From positions 1-24,000 of the forward strand of contig NZ_CALWOJ010000014.1 in NCBI RefSeq assembly GCF_944383115.1: a DNA stretch of 24,000 bases. The letters are read 5' to 3'. The notes beneath the pieces were generated by a model. That model was not told where the DNA came from. It worked only from the letters and a program-made list of their open reading frames with translations, and ran no database searches. Within the stretch, counting starts at the first letter, position 1. Every line of letters starts with the position of its first letter. A program made the position numbers and the translations under genes. Shown piece by piece: positions 6,711 through 15,020 of the stretch. This DNA is from an uncultured Flavonifractor sp. (GTDB taxonomy: Bacteria; Bacillota; Clostridia; Oscillospirales; Oscillospiraceae).

Positions 6711-9308
6711 TTATACCAGCTGCTTCAATTCAAAGAGCAGGTTCATGGCCTCGATGGGGGTGAGGGTATTGAGATCCACCCCGCGCAGCCGCCGGGCCAC
6801 CTCGCCGCCCCCCATGTCCAGCAGGGACACCTGGTCGGGGGCGGGAGCCGCCGGGGCCTGGGGGGTCTGCACCCCGCCTGCCTCCAGCTCTTTCAGGATG
6901 TGGCGGGCCCGGGTGATGACCTTGTCAGGCACCCCGGCCAGCTTGGCCACTTCGATGCCATAGCTCTGGTCGGCCCCGCCGGGGACGATCTTCCGCAGGA
7001 AGAGAATGTCGTCCCCCTTCTTCTTGGCGGCGATGTTGTAGTTCTTCACCCCGGGGATGACCCCCTCCAGGGCGGTGATCTCATGGTAGTGGGTGGCAAA
7101 CAGGGTCTTGGCCCCCAGCTTTTTCTTGTCGGCGCAGTACTCCAGCACCGCGCGGGCAATGGACATACCGTCGTAGGTGGAGGTGCCCCGGCCGATCTCG
7201 TCCAGGATGAGCAGGCTCTTGCTGGTGGCGTTTTTTAAGAGTTCCGCCACCTCGGTCATCTCCACCATGAAGGTGGACTGACCGGCGCTCAGGTCGTCGC
7301 TGGCTCCGATGCGGGTGAATACCCGGTCCACGATGCCGATGCGGGCGGACTTGGCGGGGACGAAGGAACCCATTTGGGCCATCAGGACGATAAGGGCCAC
7401 CTGGCGCATGTAGGTGGACTTGCCCGCCATGTTGGGGCCGGTAATGATGGCCACCGTGTTGTCTTTTCCGTCCATCCGGGTGTCGTTGGGGACAAAGAGG
7501 GCATTTTTCAGCATCTTTTCCACCACCGGGTGGCGGCCCTCGGAAATTTCGATGGCGTCGGACAGATCCACCTCCGGGCGGCAGTAGCCGTTCTCGGCGG
7601 CCACGGCGGCAAAAGAGGCCAGCACATCCACCTGGGCCACGGCGGCGGCGGAGCGTTGGATCTCCCCCACCCGGGCGGCGGCCTGACAGCGCAGGTCACA
7701 GAAGAGCTGATACTCCAGGGCGGTGACCCGGTCCTGGGCGGACAGGATCTCATGCTCCAGGTCCTTCAGCTCCTGGGTGATGAACCGCTCGCAGTTGGCC
7801 AGGGTCTGCTTGCGGATGTAGTCCTCCGGCACCTGGTCGTAGTAGGATTTGGATACCTCGATGTAGTAGCCGAACACCTTGTTAAAGCCCACCTTCAGGC
7901 TCTTGATGCCGGTCTTTTCCTTCTCTCTGGCCTCCACGGCGGCCACCAGGTCCTTGCCGCCGGTGAGGATGCTCCGCAGCCGGTCCACCTCCGGGTCGTA
8001 GCCGTCCCGGATAAAGCCCCCCTCCCGGACCGAGAAGGGCGGATCGTCGCAGATGGCGGAGCAGATCAGCTCCCGCAGCTGGGGCACATCGTCCAGGCCG
8101 GCGGCCAGGGAGGTGAGCAGGGCGCCGGAGTAGGGGGAGAGCAGCTCCCGCAGCCGGGGCAGCTTGCCCAGGCCGGCGGCCAGGGCCGCCAGGTCCCGGC
8201 CACCCGCAGTGCCGTACACAATGCGGCCGATGAGCCGCTCCAGGTCGGTGATCTCCCGCAGGGTGTCCTTCAGCTCCTCCCGGCCGATGGGGTCGCCCAC
8301 CAGCTCCTCCACCGCACCCAGCCGACGGCTGATGGCGCCGGGAGAGAGCAGGGGCCGCTCCATCCAGGTGCGGATGAGCCGGTGGCCCATAGCGGTGCGG
8401 GTCTTGTCCAGCACCCACAGCAGGCTCCCCTTTTTCTCCTTGGAGCGGAGGGTCTCGGTCAGCTCCAGGTTGCGCCGGGCGGTGAGGTCCAGCTCCATGA
8501 ACTGGCCGGAGGTGAACCAGGTCAGGGTGGTGATGTGGGAGAGGTCGGTTTTCTGGGTCTCGTAGAGATAACTCAACAGGCCGCCCACCGCCTGGAGGGC
8601 GTGGTCGTCCCCCTCCGGCAGCTGATCCAGGCCGCCGGTGAACTGCTCCTCCACCAGGGCGCGGGCGGAATCGGGCCGAAAGCGGGCCTCCCCGCCGTTC
8701 TCGCACCGGCAGCCCAGCTGATTGGTGAGAAAGTCCAGCAGGGCGGCGTCGCTGTAGGCCCCGTCGGACAGCATGGCCTCCCGGGGGGAGAAGCGGCCCA
8801 GCTCGTTGCACAGGTGTTCCTTGGCGTCGGGGCCGGTAAAGGAGGTGACGGAGATCTCGCCGGTGGAGATGTCGCAGAAGCACAGCCCCGCCCCGGCGGA
8901 GTCGGCACAGACGGCGCAGATAAAGTTGTTGCGGCCCTCCTCCAGCATGGAGGAGGCGATGACGGTGCCGGGGGTGACGATACGGATGATGTCCCGGTCC
9001 ACCAGCCCCTTGGCGGTGGCGGGGTCCTCCATCTGCTCGCAGATGGCCACCTTGTAGCCCTTGGCGATGAGCCGGGCGATGTAGGCGTCGGCGCTGTGGT
9101 AGGGCACGCCGCACATGGGGGTGCGCTGATCCTCCGGCTTGCCCCGGTCCCGGGTGGTGAGGGTGAGATCCAGCTCCCTGGAGGCCAGCTTGGCGTCCTC
9201 CTGGAACATCTCGTAGAAGTCGCCCAGCCGGAAAAAGAGGATGCAGTCCGGGTGAAGTTCCTTCATTTTCAGATATTGGCGCATCATGGGAGTCAGTTCC
9301 GACGGCAT
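6711..9308 (-). CDS. mutS: DNA mismatch repair protein MutS
   Basis: 865 aa; MRQYLKMKELHPDCILFFRLGDFYEMFQEDA, ITGPNMAGKSTYMRQVALIVLMAQMGSFVPA, DEIGRGTSTYDGMSIARAV, LFATHYHEIT. Confidence 0.98.
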   Translation of the reverse strand: MPSELTPMMRQYLKMKELHPDCILFFRLGDFYEMFQEDAKLASRELDLTLTTRDRGKPEDQRTPMCGVPYHSADAYIARLIAKGYKVAICEQMEDPATAKGLVDRDIIRIVTPGTVIASSMLEEGRNNFICAVCADSAGAGLCFCDISTGEISVTSFTGPDAKEHLCNELGRFSPREAMLSDGAYSDAALLDFLTNQLGCRCENGGEARFRPDSARALVEEQFTGGLDQLPEGDDHALQAVGGLLSYLYETQKTDLSHITTLTWFTSGQFMELDLTARRNLELTETLRSKEKKGSLLWVLDKTRTAMGHRLIRTWMERPLLSPGAISRRLGAVEELVGDPIGREELKDTLREITDLERLIGRIVYGTAGGRDLAALAAGLGKLPRLRELLSPYSGALLTSLAAGLDDVPQLRELICSAICDDPPFSVREGGFIRDGYDPEVDRLRSILTGGKDLVAAVEAREKEKTGIKSLKVGFNKVFGYYIEVSKSYYDQVPEDYIRKQTLANCERFITQELKDLEHEILSAQDRVTALEYQLFCDLRCQAAARVGEIQRSAAAVAQVDVLASFAAVAAENGYCRPEVDLSDAIEISEGRHPVVEKMLKNALFVPNDTRMDGKDNTVAIITGPNMAGKSTYMRQVALIVLMAQMGSFVPAKSARIGIVDRVFTRIGASDDLSAGQSTFMVEMTEVAELLKNATSKSLLILDEIGRGTSTYDGMSIARAVLEYCADKKKLGAKTLFATHYHEITALEGVIPGVKNYNIAAKKKGDDILFLRKIVPGGADQSYGIEVAKLAGVPDKVITRARHILKELEAGGVQTPQAPAAPAPDQVSLLDMGGGEVARRLRGVDLNTLTPIEAMNLLFELKQLV

Positions 9309-9503
9309 GGCGGGCGCTCCTTTTCTGTCTCAGTATAGTAGCGATCCAGTTCCCATTTTAATGGGTTCTGGTCAATATAGGTCCAAATGGTTTGAAAATC
9401 ATCGGTGTTGCGGACGATGTGGTCGTGATAGCCCCGCTGCCAGACCGGTGTGCCCCAGGCTTTGGTCACCAAAGTCTTAAAGGAACGCACCACGTTGGTC
9501 AGC

Positions 9504-9529
9504 GTAGGGGCCGATGCCTTCATCGGCCC
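9504..9529 (+). repeat. REP-like unit A, inside the RAYT coding sequence
   Basis: GTAG-GGGCCGATG-CCTT-CATCGGCCC; perfect 9-bp stem, 4-nt loop, 5' GTAG. Confidence 0.85.
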
Positions 9530-9647
9530 GCTCTCCAGGGTTACCAGAAAATGAACGTGGTTGGGCATAATCACAAATTTAATGATGCCGGGGATAGAGG
9601 ACAGATGGCGCTCTGCCAGCTGTCCCAGAGGGGTGAGCCTGATCTGC

Positions 9648-9673
9648 GGGGCGATGTAGGCATCGCCCCCTAC
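9648..9673 (-). repeat. REP-like unit B, inside the RAYT coding sequence
   Basis: Plus reads GGGGCGATG-TAGG-CATCGCCCC-CTAC; perfect 9-bp stem, GTAG on the minus strand. Confidence 0.85.
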
Positions 9674-9808
9674 GATGGTGGACAGCGTATGGCGGCGGTC
9701 CTTGGTGCAGATAGTAATAAAATAGGTGCCGCCGGAGGTGTAATCCCAGGTTTTTAAGCGGAGATTCTTACGGACGGGATAATCGGGCATTGGGAAACCC
9801 TCCTTTGC

Positions 9809-9834
9809 GGGCCGATGTGGGCATCGGCCCCTAC
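9809..9834 (-). repeat. REP-like unit C between miaB and the RAYT, overlapping the miaB stop codon
   Basis: Plus reads GGGCCGATG-TGGG-CATCGGCCC-CTAC; perfect 9-bp stem, GTAG on the minus strand. Confidence 0.88.
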
Positions 9835-11234
9835 ACCTTCTCCCCCATCAAAGACCACTTGTTGGCCCCGGTGATCTTGACCTGCACAAACTGCCCGATG
9901 AGGGACTCCTCCCCGGTGAGGCGCACCAGCCGGTTGCCGGAGGTGCGGGCGGTGAGGCCCTTGTCATCCTGCCCGTCCACCAGGCAGCGCACCGTTTTCC
10001 CAATATAGGCCGCGTGCTTTTCCTCGGAAATCTGGTCCTGCCGCTCCACCAGCCGCTGGAACCAGGCCGCCTTCTCCTCCTTGGAGACGGGGTCTTCCAT
10101 CTTGGCGGCGGGGGTGCCCACACGGGGGGAATAGATAAAGGTAAAGAGGGCGTCAAACCGCACCTCGTCCAGCAGGGTCATGGTCTGCTCGAATTCCTCC
10201 GCCGTTTCCCCGGGGAAGCCCACGATCACGTCGGAGGTGATGACCACGTCGGGGATGGCCTCTCTCAGCCGGCGCACCTTGTCCAGGTAGCCCGAGCGGT
10301 CATACACCCGGTTCATGGCCTTCAGCACCCGGTCGCTGCCCGCCTGGAAGGGCAGGTGGAAGCAGGGGGCGATCTTGGGGGAGGACGCCATGGTGTCAAA
10401 GAGCTTCTGGGAGGCGTCCTTGGGGTGGCTGGTCATAAAGCGCAGCAGGAAGTCCCCGGGAATCTCGGAGGCCGCCTTCAAGAGGTCGGCAAAGTCACAG
10501 GGAGAGTCCAGATCCTTGCCGTAGGAGTTGACGTTCTGGCCCAGCAGGGTGATGTCCTTGTACCCCTCGGCCACCAGGCCCCGGATCTCATCCAGAATGA
10601 CCTCCGGCTGACGGGACCGCTCCCGGCCCCGGACGTAGGGCACGATGCAGTAGGTGCAGAAGTTGTTGCAGCCGTACATAATGGATACCCAGGCCTTCAC
10701 CCTGTCCTGGCGCACCACCGGGATGCCCTCGGCGATGGAGCCGGGCTCGTCGGCGATGTCGAAGATTCTCCCCCGGCGGGTCACCAGCCGGTACAGGAGT
10801 TCCGGGAACCGCCACAGGGCGTGGGGCCCGAACACCAGGTCCACCTGCCGGTAGCTCTCTTTGATCTTCTGGGCACGGTGGGGCTCCTGAGCCATGCAGC
10901 CGCACACGCAGATGAGCTGGTTGGGCTTGGCCCGCTTGGTGTGGACCAGGGCGCCCACGTTGCCCAGCACCCGCATTTCGGCGTGTTCCCGGATGGCGCA
11001 GGTGTTGATGAGGATCAGGTCGGCTTCCGCCTCGCTGTCGGTGAAGTCGTAGCCCATCTCCCGCAGGTAGCCCCGCAGTCGCTCGGAGTCGGCCTCGTTC
11101 TGCTGGCAGCCGTAGGTATCCACAAAGGCCAGCGGGGGCGTGGGGCGGGCGGCGTTGCGCTCATGGAGTTTCTGGCAGAAGTCCCGCTGACGCGCCACGT
11201 CGGCGGGGGAAATTTTGGTGGTCTGTCGGTTCAA
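9831..11234 (-). CDS. miaB: tRNA-2-methylthio-N6-dimethylallyladenosine synthase MiaB
   Basis: 467 aa; FVDTYGCQQNEADSERL, INTCAIREHAEMRV, CGCMAQ, radical SAM motif YGCNNFCTYCIVPYVRGRERSR, C-terminal TRAM-like domain. Confidence 0.97.
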   Translation of the reverse strand: MNRQTTKISPADVARQRDFCQKLHERNAARPTPPLAFVDTYGCQQNEADSERLRGYLREMGYDFTDSEAEADLILINTCAIREHAEMRVLGNVGALVHTKRAKPNQLICVCGCMAQEPHRAQKIKESYRQVDLVFGPHALWRFPELLYRLVTRRGRIFDIADEPGSIAEGIPVVRQDRVKAWVSIMYGCNNFCTYCIVPYVRGRERSRQPEVILDEIRGLVAEGYKDITLLGQNVNSYGKDLDSPCDFADLLKAASEIPGDFLLRFMTSHPKDASQKLFDTMASSPKIAPCFHLPFQAGSDRVLKAMNRVYDRSGYLDKVRRLREAIPDVVITSDVIVGFPGETAEEFEQTMTLLDEVRFDALFTFIYSPRVGTPAAKMEDPVSKEEKAAWFQRLVERQDQISEEKHAAYIGKTVRCLVDGQDDKGLTARTSGNRLVRLTGEESLIGQFVQVKITGANKWSLMGEKV

Positions 11235-11315
11235 AACGGTTCCTCCCGAAAAGTCTGTATCAATACATAATCATAGCACTTTTCCGGGTCAAACACAAGG
11301 CCTGTCCCCTTTTCA

Positions 11316-11344
11316 TTGACTGGATTCGGCGGGGAGTATATAAT
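11316..11344 (+). promoter_or_regulatory. Sigma-70/SigA-type promoter of the alanine-racemase-like operon
   Basis: TTGACT (11316-11321), 17-nt spacer, TATAAT (11339-11344), 33 nt upstream of the ATG at 11378 in the divergent intergenic region. Confidence 0.85.
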
Positions 11345-11377
11345 GGTAGAGACTATCCACGGAAAGGCGGCGGAGCC

Positions 11378-12445
11378 ATGAAAACCCTGGTCATCGAGCG
11401 GGACGCACTGAAACATAATATCTCCGTGGTCAAGGAGCGGGCGGGGGGCGCCGTGATCTACGGCGTGGTCACCGGGGACGGCCAGGGAGCCGGCCTCATT
11501 GAACTGGCCCGCGCCCTCCGGGCCGAGGGCATCGGCCGCTTTGCCGTGTCCGAGGTGGCGGAGGCCGCCGCCCTGCGGAAGGCGGGCTTTGTGGAGGAGG
11601 AGATCCTCATGCTCCGCTGCACCACCGACCGGGAGGAGCTGGAGGGGCTGCTGGATCTCAACGTGATCTGCACCGTGGGCTCCCACGACAGCGGCATGGC
11701 CCTCAACGGGGTGGCGGAGGCCCGCTCCACCGTGGCCGAGGCCCACATCCAGATCGACACCGGCATGGGCTTCGGCGGCTTTCTCTCCGCCGAGCCGGAG
11801 AAGATTTTGTCCACCTTCCGGGATCTGCCCAACATTGCCGTGTCCGGGGTGTGTACCCAGCTGTACACCAAGAGCCGCAAGGGCAAGGCCCTGTCCGCCC
11901 AGGTGGCGGAATTCACCAAAACGGTGGAGGCCATCCACGCCGCCGGGTTTGAGACGGGTACCGTCCACGCCGCCGGGTCCTATGTGCTGATGCACCATCC
12001 CGACGCCCGGCTGGGGGGTGTCCGGGCGGGTACCGTGCTGATGGGCCGGTGCCGCCGGGCCAGAGGGGACGGCCTGCGCCGGGTGGGCTACGGCGAGGTG
12101 AAGGTGGAGGAAACCCGCTGGGTACCCAAGGGCCATATTGTGGGGGGCAATACGCCCGCGCCCCTGAAAAAGAACACCCGGGTGGCGGTGCTGCCGGTGG
12201 GCTACCAGAACGGCTTCGGTATGGGTCGGCCCTGGGCGGGGGGCTTTTTCTCCGCCCTGCGCCGGTGGCTTGCCCAGCGGCAGATCACCATCCGGATCAA
12301 CGGCCAGAAGGCCAGGGTCATCGGCGGCATCGGCGCCATCGAGACCATCGTGGATGTGACCGACCTGAACTGTGCCGCTGGAGACCGGGCGGTGTTTGAT
12401 ATCGACCCCATTTTTGCCAAGGGATTTGTCCGGGAATACCGGTAA
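11378..12445 (+). CDS. Alanine racemase-like (fold-type III PLP) protein lacking the canonical lysine
   Basis: 355 aa; AHIQIDTGMGFGGF, HAAGSYVLMHHPDARLGGVRAGTVLMG and VAVLPVGYQNGFGMGR resemble alanine racemases, but the N-terminal VVKxNxYGxG motif reads VVTGDGQGAG. Confidence 0.8.
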   Translation: MKTLVIERDALKHNISVVKERAGGAVIYGVVTGDGQGAGLIELARALRAEGIGRFAVSEVAEAAALRKAGFVEEEILMLRCTTDREELEGLLDLNVICTVGSHDSGMALNGVAEARSTVAEAHIQIDTGMGFGGFLSAEPEKILSTFRDLPNIAVSGVCTQLYTKSRKGKALSAQVAEFTKTVEAIHAAGFETGTVHAAGSYVLMHHPDARLGGVRAGTVLMGRCRRARGDGLRRVGYGEVKVEETRWVPKGHIVGGNTPAPLKKNTRVAVLPVGYQNGFGMGRPWAGGFFSALRRWLAQRQITIRINGQKARVIGGIGAIETIVDVTDLNCAAGDRAVFDIDPIFAKGFVREYR

Positions 12446-12465
12446 ATCAGAAAGGAATTGAAACG

Positions 12466-12909
12466 ATGCGTGCAGTTGTGACCCGCGTGAAGAATGCCTC
12501 CGTCACCATCGACGGCAAGGTAAACGGCGAGATCGGCCAGGGCTTCCTGGTGCTGCTGGGGGTGGCCCCCGGCGATACCGAGGCCCAGGCCGTCAAGATG
12601 GCCGACAAGGTGTGCGGCCTGCGTATTTTTGAGGACGAGAACGAGAAGATGAACCTGAACCTGGAGGCGGTGGGGGGCTCCCTGCTGGTGGTGAGCCAGT
12701 TCACCCTCTACGCCGATACCAAGTCCCGCCGCCCCGGCTTCTCCGGGGCCGCCAAGCCGGACATCGCCATCCCCCTGTATGAGAAGTTCATGGCCGAGTG
12801 CGCAAGCCGGGGCTTTGAGGTCCAGCACGGCGAATTTGGGGCGGATATGCAGGTCTATTCTCAGAACGACGGCCCTGTGACCATTTTGCTGGACACCGAT
12901 ACCATGTAA
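12466..12909 (+). CDS. dtd: D-aminoacyl-tRNA deacylase
   Basis: 147 aa; MRAVVTRVKNASVTIDG..GEIGQGFLVLLGV, GGSLLVVSQFTLYADTKSRRPGFSGAA, NDGPVTI. Confidence 0.95.
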   Translation: MRAVVTRVKNASVTIDGKVNGEIGQGFLVLLGVAPGDTEAQAVKMADKVCGLRIFEDENEKMNLNLEAVGGSLLVVSQFTLYADTKSRRPGFSGAAKPDIAIPLYEKFMAECASRGFEVQHGEFGADMQVYSQNDGPVTILLDTDTM

Positions 12910-12928
12910 AGAAGGGGGCAGACAACCT

Positions 12929-13534
12929 ATGAAAATTCGCGTTTTACAGGTGGGGCCCATTGGCACCAACTGCTACCTGCTGGAGGACGAGCATACCAAT
13001 ACCGCCGCCGTGGTGGACCCCGGCGACGAGGCCGACCGCATCCTGGCCCAGGCCAGGGAGGACGGGGTGGAGATCAAGCTCATCCTCCTCACCCACGCCC
13101 ACTATGACCACACCACCGGCGTGGCGGGGCTGCTCAAGGCATTGCCCGGCATCCCGGTGTACCTCCATCCCGACGACGCCGCCCGGCTGGGCAGCCCGGT
13201 GTTCCCCCCGCTGGGGACCGACCCCAAGCCCTACGGCGACGGCGACGTGGTGAAGGTGGGAGGCATCGACGTGCAGGTGATCCACACCCCCGGCCACACC
13301 CCCGGCGGGGTGTGCCTGATGGCGGGAGACGCCCTCTTCACCGGCGATACCCTGTTCCAGGGTTCTATGGGCCGCACCGACCTGCCCGGCGGCAGCTATG
13401 AGGAGCTGATGGCCTCCCTGAAACGGCTGGCCGGACTGCCGGGTGACTATCACGTCCTGCCCGGCCACATGGATCTGTCCACCCTGGAGGCCGAGCGGAA
13501 GGGCAACTACTACATGCAGCAGGCCGTCCTATGA
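12929..13534 (+). CDS. MBL-fold metallohydrolase (glyoxalase II-like)
   Basis: 201 aa; NCYLLEDEHTNTAAVVDPGDEAD, THAHYDHTTGV, HTPGHTPGGVCL, FTGDTLFQGSMGRTDLPGG, LPGHMDLSTLEAE. Confidence 0.93.
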   Translation: MKIRVLQVGPIGTNCYLLEDEHTNTAAVVDPGDEADRILAQAREDGVEIKLILLTHAHYDHTTGVAGLLKALPGIPVYLHPDDAARLGSPVFPPLGTDPKPYGDGDVVKVGGIDVQVIHTPGHTPGGVCLMAGDALFTGDTLFQGSMGRTDLPGGSYEELMASLKRLAGLPGDYHVLPGHMDLSTLEAERKGNYYMQQAVL

Positions 13535-15009
13535 AACTATATCTCAACGGCCACGACTACAAATACGCCGCCGAGCAGATGCTGCTGACCCTGTTTCCCG
13601 ACCAGCGGCCGGAGTACCCCGCCCAGCCCCCCGCCCCGGCGGAGGACGCCCTGGTTCTCTCCCTCAGCCGGGGGAGGCTGTGGGCCACCGCCACGGCAAA
13701 ACTGACCTGGCGGGGTAGGACATATCGGGCAAGCCGCCGGTGTAAACTGGAAGAGCTGGCCGACCGCCTCTCCACCAGCCGGGCGTTGCAGCGCATTTTG
13801 AAGCTGGCCTTCTACGACGCCGGGGTGGCCGCACGGGGGAACGAGCCCCCCTGGGGGGCGCTGACCGGCGTGCGGCCGGTGAAGATCCCTACCCGGGCCA
13901 TGCTGGCGGGAGCCACGCCGTCCCAGGCGGAGCAGGTACTCAAAGACACCTACCGGGTGTCCCCCCTGCGGCGGCGGCTGGCCATGGACTGCGCCCGGGC
14001 CAGTCTGGAGGCCCAGCGGAGCCTGAAACCGGAGGAGGTGTCCCTCTATGTGGGTATTCCCTTCTGCCCCACCCGGTGCGCCTACTGCTCCTTTGTGTCC
14101 GCCGACGTGGGCCGGGCCCTCAAGCTCATCGACCCCTTTCTGGACTGCCTTTCCCGGGAAATCAAGGCCACCGGCCAGATGCTGGCGGGGGCAGGCCTGA
14201 AAGTACGCACCGTCTACTTCGGCGGCGGCACCCCCACCACCCTGTCGGCCCTTCAGCTGGACCGGCTTATGGGGGGCCTCGCCGATTCCATTGACCTGTC
14301 CTGCTGCACCGAGTACACGGTGGAGGCGGGACGGCCCGACACCATTACCCGGGAAAAGCTGGAGGTCCTCTTCCGCCGGGGCTGCGGCCGGGTGTCGGTG
14401 AATCCCCAGACCATGCAGGACCATGTGCTGGCCGCCATGGGCCGGGCCCATCGGGCTGAGGACATCCGCAGGGCCTACGCCCTGGCCCGGGACAGCGGCA
14501 TCCCCTGCGTCAACATGGATCTCATCGCCGGTCTGCCCGCCGACAGCGTGGACGGCTTCCGTTCCTCCCTGGATCAGGTGCTGGCCCTGGCGCCGGAGAA
14601 TATCACCGTCCATACCCTGGCCATGAAGAAGGGCTCCCGGCTGATGGAAGAAGGAAGTGCGGTTCCCTCGGACGACGACGTGGCCGCCATGCTGGAGTAC
14701 GCCTGGTCTGCCCTGGGTGGGGCGGGGCAGATCCCCTACTACCTCTACCGTCAGAAGTATATGTCCGGCTCCTTTGAGAACGTGGGCTGGTGCCTGCCGG
14801 GCACCGAGAGCCTCTACAACATCTGCATGATGGAGGAGCTGCACACCATCGTCTCCCTGGGGGGCGGCGGGGTGACCAAGCTGGTCAACCCGGCCACCGG
14901 CTATATCGAGCGGGTTGCCAACCCCAAGTACCCCAAGGAGTATGTCGAGAAGATTGACGCCGTCTGCGCCGGGAAGGAGCAGGTGGCCCGCTTTCACAAC
15001 GGCCTGTAA
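13531..15009 (+). CDS. hemZ: Coproporphyrinogen dehydrogenase HemZ-like radical SAM protein
   Basis: 492 aa; VSLYVGIPFCPTRCAYCSFVSADV (CxxxCxxC), TVYFGGGTPTTLS, EYTVEAGRPDTIT, RVSVNPQTMQD, MYRQK-type region (YLYRQKYMSGSFENVGW), as in HemZ. Start overlaps the preceding stop. Confidence 0.9.
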   Translation: MKLYLNGHDYKYAAEQMLLTLFPDQRPEYPAQPPAPAEDALVLSLSRGRLWATATAKLTWRGRTYRASRRCKLEELADRLSTSRALQRILKLAFYDAGVAARGNEPPWGALTGVRPVKIPTRAMLAGATPSQAEQVLKDTYRVSPLRRRLAMDCARASLEAQRSLKPEEVSLYVGIPFCPTRCAYCSFVSADVGRALKLIDPFLDCLSREIKATGQMLAGAGLKVRTVYFGGGTPTTLSALQLDRLMGGLADSIDLSCCTEYTVEAGRPDTITREKLEVLFRRGCGRVSVNPQTMQDHVLAAMGRAHRAEDIRRAYALARDSGIPCVNMDLIAGLPADSVDGFRSSLDQVLALAPENITVHTLAMKKGSRLMEEGSAVPSDDDVAAMLEYAWSALGGAGQIPYYLYRQKYMSGSFENVGWCLPGTESLYNICMMEELHTIVSLGGGGVTKLVNPATGYIERVANPKYPKEYVEKIDAVCAGKEQVARFHNGL

Positions 15010-15020
15010 GGAGGTTCGCC

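Larger units (their letters stand above)
9293..9790 (-). mobile_element. REP-associated tyrosine transposase (RAYT / Y1_Tnp), intact ORF
   Basis: 165 aa; GGTYFITICTKDRRHTL, HUH motif MPNHVHFLV, C-terminal VWQRGYHDHIVRNTDDFQTIWTYIDQNPLKW. Strong SD (AAAGGAGG) upstream, adjacent REP-like hairpins. Confidence 0.9.

Noticed and set aside
8129-8153. GTAGGGGGAGAGCAGCTCCCGC in mutS, considered as another REP-like unit
   Set aside because: Starts with GTAG but does not form the 9-bp/4-nt loop hairpin and is explained by conserved MutS coding sequence.
7374-9338. 654-aa plus-strand ORF and 410-aa minus-frame ORF (7882-9114) over mutS
   Set aside because: MutS explains the region fully; the alternatives are compositionally biased shadow frames.
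9346-9371. Inverted repeat CCAGTTCCCATT/AATGGGTTCTGG near the RAYT 3' end, considered as a transposon terminus
   Set aside because: It has two internal mismatches, lies in coding sequence for the conserved NPLKWEL region, and lacks GTAG and the 9-4-9 geometry.
10014-11270. 418-aa plus-strand ORF opposite miaB
   Set aside because: Shadow frame of a conserved radical SAM gene.
13537-14997. 486-aa minus-strand ORF opposite hemZ
   Set aside because: Shadow frame; the HemZ/radical SAM motifs are on the plus strand.
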